Source of the DNA: Eledone cirrhosa
Lineage: Eukaryota
Length of the DNA: 64,000 nt
NCBI GenBank assembly: GCA_964016885.1
Contig: OZ024749.1
Coordinates: 8,122,001-8,186,000, forward strand
Direction of reading: 5' to 3'
The notes under the pieces were generated by a model that was not told the DNA's origin, ran no database searches, and saw only the letters and a list, made by a program, of their open reading frames with translations. This document shows, piece by piece, positions 59,871 through 64,000 of the stretch (position 1 is the stretch's first letter; every line of letters starts with the position of its first letter). The translations under genes and the position numbers were made by a program.

Positions 59871-62188
59871 TCAATCCTGGTAGTATTTATAATATGAAAA
59901 TGTAGATTTTAAGCGATGGTTACAGTATAACGATCGCTCTATTCTGTTATTTAATAAAATGTTTTTTGATTTCATAATACAAAATAATTCCACATTACAT
60001 AATTTACAAAATTCCTGTCCGTGGGAATATGGGGGGGGGGGGGGGGGGGGCAGCCGCTATTATATCCCATTTTAGGTGAAATTGTTGGTTATTTTCACGC
60101 AGCTGCCAAGCCTTGTCTGCGAGTGTTGTTACATAACGCTGGTTTTCATGTTTTATCGAGTAACGATGTCTATAAAGGCGTGATTTGAAGGAGGTGGCTG
60201 TAGATCCCACATAGTACCACTTCTGTTTATCCGATTCGATAGTACATTTGTATACGATGTTGCGTTCTAGACACTGACTGTTCAACGGACACATTCCTGG
60301 TTGGACACAGTTGCAATTATAATTTTGCGTTGTTGTATTGTCATGGATGGGTTGATGAGGCTGCTTAGGTCGGACAGGATGTTGTTTGTTGTTTTGTGAT
60401 GTTATAGCTAATGTTTTACGTGTATTGTTATGTGTTGGAAGGCGTTTATACAACCGTTTTGCGTTAAGCTTTTTTATATGTTGTTCAATATTAGGGGCGG
60501 TTGAATATGAAAGTCGAATAGCGTTAGGGTTTAAGATTTTATTATATTTATGTGATGTTGAAAAGTGTTTTTTAACTAATCGAAAGAATTGTGAAGGTAG
60601 ATTGGTTTTAATAGAGTTGTTATAGACCGAGTTGTACCAAATATACGCTTTACATCGCCTTCTGTTTGGTGGTGTGCGACTATTATTGTGTCTATTGCGG
60701 TAGTGTATGTATGGTGGTGATTCTGTGCTATTTCTACTCCTATGGGATTTATTTTGGGTGTTTTGGTGATCTTCGACTATATACTCTATATTATCTAGGT
60801 GTCCGGCTTTCCTAAGTGCATCATCATAATATTCGGCATGTTCTTTGAAGGTTTGTTGGTTGGACGACAGGCGGGAGATTCTAAGAGAAACATTTCTAGG
60901 GATGGATTTAATTATAGAGAGTGGATGGTTAGAACTCGTATTTACATATTTAAGGTTCTCATTTAGTTTATGGAACGGTTTAATCGTATCTGTATTGAGA
61001 TTCAAAGTAACATCAAGGAAATTGACCTCTTTGTAATATTTAATCCTAGTTCCTTAAAAAGCTTTCTGATATTTTTGCGGATCCTTTCTAAATTCTGGTT
61101 ATTCATATGCTTAACTAATAGGAGCGCATCATCACGGTAGATTCCACCGTGGAGATCCTTGAATTTTCCTTGTAGTCTGTGGGTGATATAAATTCCCACA
61201 AGATCTGTTACTTCCGCCGAATCATTAGAACCCATAGTAATATCAAAATTAGAAGGTCTATCTTTGCGAACCCAGTAGCTATCATCGAATTTAACTATAG
61301 TTTTCCTCGCTTCCATAATAATTTTAATTTCAGCATCCGTAAGGTCGGAATTAGCGTTAGCGAACGAAAGAGCTTCATGTTGAGTATCAGGTGAAATTGA
61401 GGAATAATATTCATCAATATCAAACTGAATAAATTTTGATTTTTTTTCTTATCAGTAATGTTATTAAACCATCTTATTGCTTCATGAGTGTTACCCCATA
61501 GTTTAATTTCTACTTTAACCTTAACTTGGGGGATAATTCTGTCTAGTATATATTTGCTAATTTTGCCTATATCAGATTTAGAGGGGCATATCAGTCTAAT
61601 CTTAGGGTTAGTATCGAAGTTTACCTTGTGGTCCTTCAGGTTGAAGGATGGTATAGCTGGTGTTAAGGGTTGCGTTCTATCGTCAATACAAAGTTTTTTA
61701 ACAATTTCACATGCCGAGTTGTTGATGTTTTTAAGTGTAGCTTCATTAGTTTTCTTGTATTTTTTATGCAATTCCTTACGGATGAAGTTATTGTAAGTGT
61801 CCACATCCATGGTATATACGTTTGATGTTTTGTCTGCTCTAACAATAATTCCATTGGCGTTTTTTAGATTATTGAGCAGTGCCGTGATGTCATTCTGTAG
61901 TTTATTGTTCTTCCGTTTTGTAAATTTGATCTCCATGATCATATCCATTAGGTCTTGTTCAAATGCATCCAAAAGTGGTTTTGAGGGTGGGTTTTTGTAA
62001 GATTTAAATCCAAATTTATTCTTGTTAAGATCCGATATTTGGCTTATACGGCTTTTGTCAAAATGGAATGTTTTCCATCTGATTCGTCGAATAAAATCAT
62101 TGGTCCTTCGTATCATACCTAGAATATATTCCCTTTTTGCCTGAATAGGTATGTTTTTTACCGACATATCCAATTGGTGCCTTTCCAT
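59871..62188 (-). pseudogene. PLE polyprotein (RT plus GIY-YIG endonuclease) with 3 frameshifts
   Basis: FIRRIRWK, ADKTSNVY, LKDHK.NF...PKIRLICPSKS, FDITMGSNDSAEVTDLVG, GIYRDDAL, VNFLDVTLNL, YVNTSSNHP, CNC-x5-CPL-x3-C, IVYKC..YYVGST.TSFKSRLYRH, CKLCNVE, LNNRIE...CNH. Stop at 59871. Confidence 0.95.
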
Positions 62189-63511
62189 TTTAGAGGCGTA
62201 TGCTGAATTAGTTGCTCAACTGTATAGGAGATTAATAAAATTTCAGGTTATCAATAATGTAGTAATAATATATCATTACGTTAGAGATGAACAGCGTACG
62301 TGTAGGTTTGCTCAACGAGTATAAATTATATTCCGGAGAAAATGTAGAAAAGATGAATATAAAATGAAAGTGCTTTTTTTAAAAAGGAATTTATTAGGTA
62401 TTGACATATGTTTCTGTAACAGACGGAATACCCATGTATCGCTGCTTGCGTAATCATATAATGTTAGCAAGTATTCGATAGCAAATGTATAATCAGTTGT
62501 CACTTATTCAGAGATTTTGGATAAATTGGATAAAATCAGAAAAATTGAAGTATTTATATTAGTAATAGAGGAAGAAGAGAGGGGATAGTATATGACAGAT
62601 GGTAATTCAATTTACTGCTAAACAAGTATATAAAGGGTTTCTAATGAGAATACCATGAGTAAATGGTTCATTTTATCTAAATAAGAATTTTTGGGAGTGC
62701 CAATTTTAATCTCTACTTGACCAATTGGACAGTGGACAGGGCTGGTCATTTGGTGTAGTAGTATTAATTATAAAGTGTCAATTGGGGAAGGGGGAGATTT
62801 CGATTGCTACTGAATAACATCAATGCTAGTAGCCAGCTGGTATATGCATTAGGGAATTGAATTAAGAAATCAGAAATCTCATTTTTCTATAGCAGTTTAT
62901 ATTAAATGAGATTTCTGATTTCTTAATTCAATTCCCTAATGCATATACCAGCTGGCTACTAGCATTGATGTTATTCAGTAGCAATCGAAATCTCCCCCTT
63001 CCGCAATTGACACTTTATAATTAATACTACTACACCAAATGACCAGCCTTGTCCACTGTCCAATTGGTCAAGTAGAGATTAAAATTGGCACTCCCAAAAA
63101 TTCTTATTTAGATAAAATGAATCATTTACTCATGGTATTCTCATTAGAAACCCTTTATATACTTGTTTAGCAGTAAATTGAATTACCATCTGTCATATAC
63201 TATCTCCTCTCTTCTTCCTCTATTACTAATATAAATACTTCAATTTTTCTGATTTTATCCAATTTATCCAAAATCTCTGAATACTTGCTAACATTATATG
63301 ATTACGCAAGCAGCGATACATAGGTATTCCGTCTTTTACAGAAACATATGTCCATACCTAATAAATTCCTTTTTAAAAAAAGCACTTTCATTTTATATTC
63401 ATCTTTTCTAAATTTTCTCCGGAATATAATTTATACTCGTTGAGCAAACCTACACGTACGCTGTTCATCTCTAACGTAACGATATATTATCACTACATTA
63501 TTGATAACCTG

Positions 63512-63547
<36 letters not shown>

Positions 63548-63549
<2 letters not shown>

Positions 63550-63749
63550 AACCAGTAAGACCCCGACAGCTGAGCTCAAGCCGTTTCGACGGCTAATTCT
63601 GGACTGAATTCGAGTCCAGAATTAGCCGTCGAAACGGCTTGAGCTCAGCTGTCGGGGTCTTACTGGTTCCTATTACCCACTCTACTACCTCAAGTATTGA
63701 GTACTTTGGTGCGTTATGGTCCACCTGGTTCCTTACCACATTTCCTTCG

Positions 63750-63799
<50 letters not shown>

Positions 63800-64000
63800 T
63801 GTATATATATTCACACACACACATAACGAAGGAGTGTGGTAAGGAACCAGATGGACCATAACGCACCAGAGTACTCAATACTTAGAGTAGTAGAGTGGGT
63901 AATAGGAAAATGTTTAAGTCCGACGGCAGAGCTCAAGCCGTGTCGACAACTATTTCTGGACTAGATTACAATTTTTAACGTGGTAAAGTAATCACTTTTC
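63548..64000. mobile_element. Family C palindromic cassette (centre about 63609) and a further minus-strand copy running off the window
   Basis: Perfect arms of about 58 bp. GAAAC ggct tgagctc agct GTC. Confidence 0.88.

Larger units (their letters stand above)
59155..63516 (-). mobile_element. Near full-length Penelope-like retroelement with 3' pLTR, 5' direct pLTR and inverted pLTR
   Basis: pLTR 59155-59785 is repeated at 62347-62908. An inverted copy spans 62904-63516. Both ends abut (TA)n. Confidence 0.95.

Noticed and set aside
60270-60320. Selenocysteine recoding in the PLE CxC-x5-C linker
   Set aside because: The cysteines in this motif are encoded by TGC or TGT, with no in-frame UGA.

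Overview
Very AT-rich, microsatellite-saturated eukaryotic DNA with no recognisable host exon, so probably intronic or intergenic. The tRNA-derived SINE and the (TA)n/(TACA)n/(CA)n content resemble an octopod cephalopod genome (inference). Nearly all listed ORFs are dinucleotide-repeat artefacts. The real coding remnants are retroelements and one DNA transposon: a near-complete Penelope-like element (PLE; RT plus C-terminal GIY-YIG, 59.2-63.5 kb, minus strand, with direct and inverted pseudo-LTRs), two more PLE fragments (11.7-14.5 kb and 50.8-52.4 kb), two pieces of an R4/Dong-like RLE retrotransposon (33.0-37.5 kb), RTE fragments, a deleted mariner and a Helitron/Helentron-like element. The main signal is a dense population of type I hammerhead ribozyme (HHR) motifs. 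I count about 25 copies from roughly 10 unrelated sequence families, many with a complete CUGANGA/GAAA core, stems I-III and compensatory base changes. They sit in short non-coding pLTR-like cassettes embedded in (TA)n tracts, often as head-to-head palindromes. This looks like a PLE-driven, microsatellite-associated, retrozyme-like system. All folds were read by eye and have not been computed or tested.
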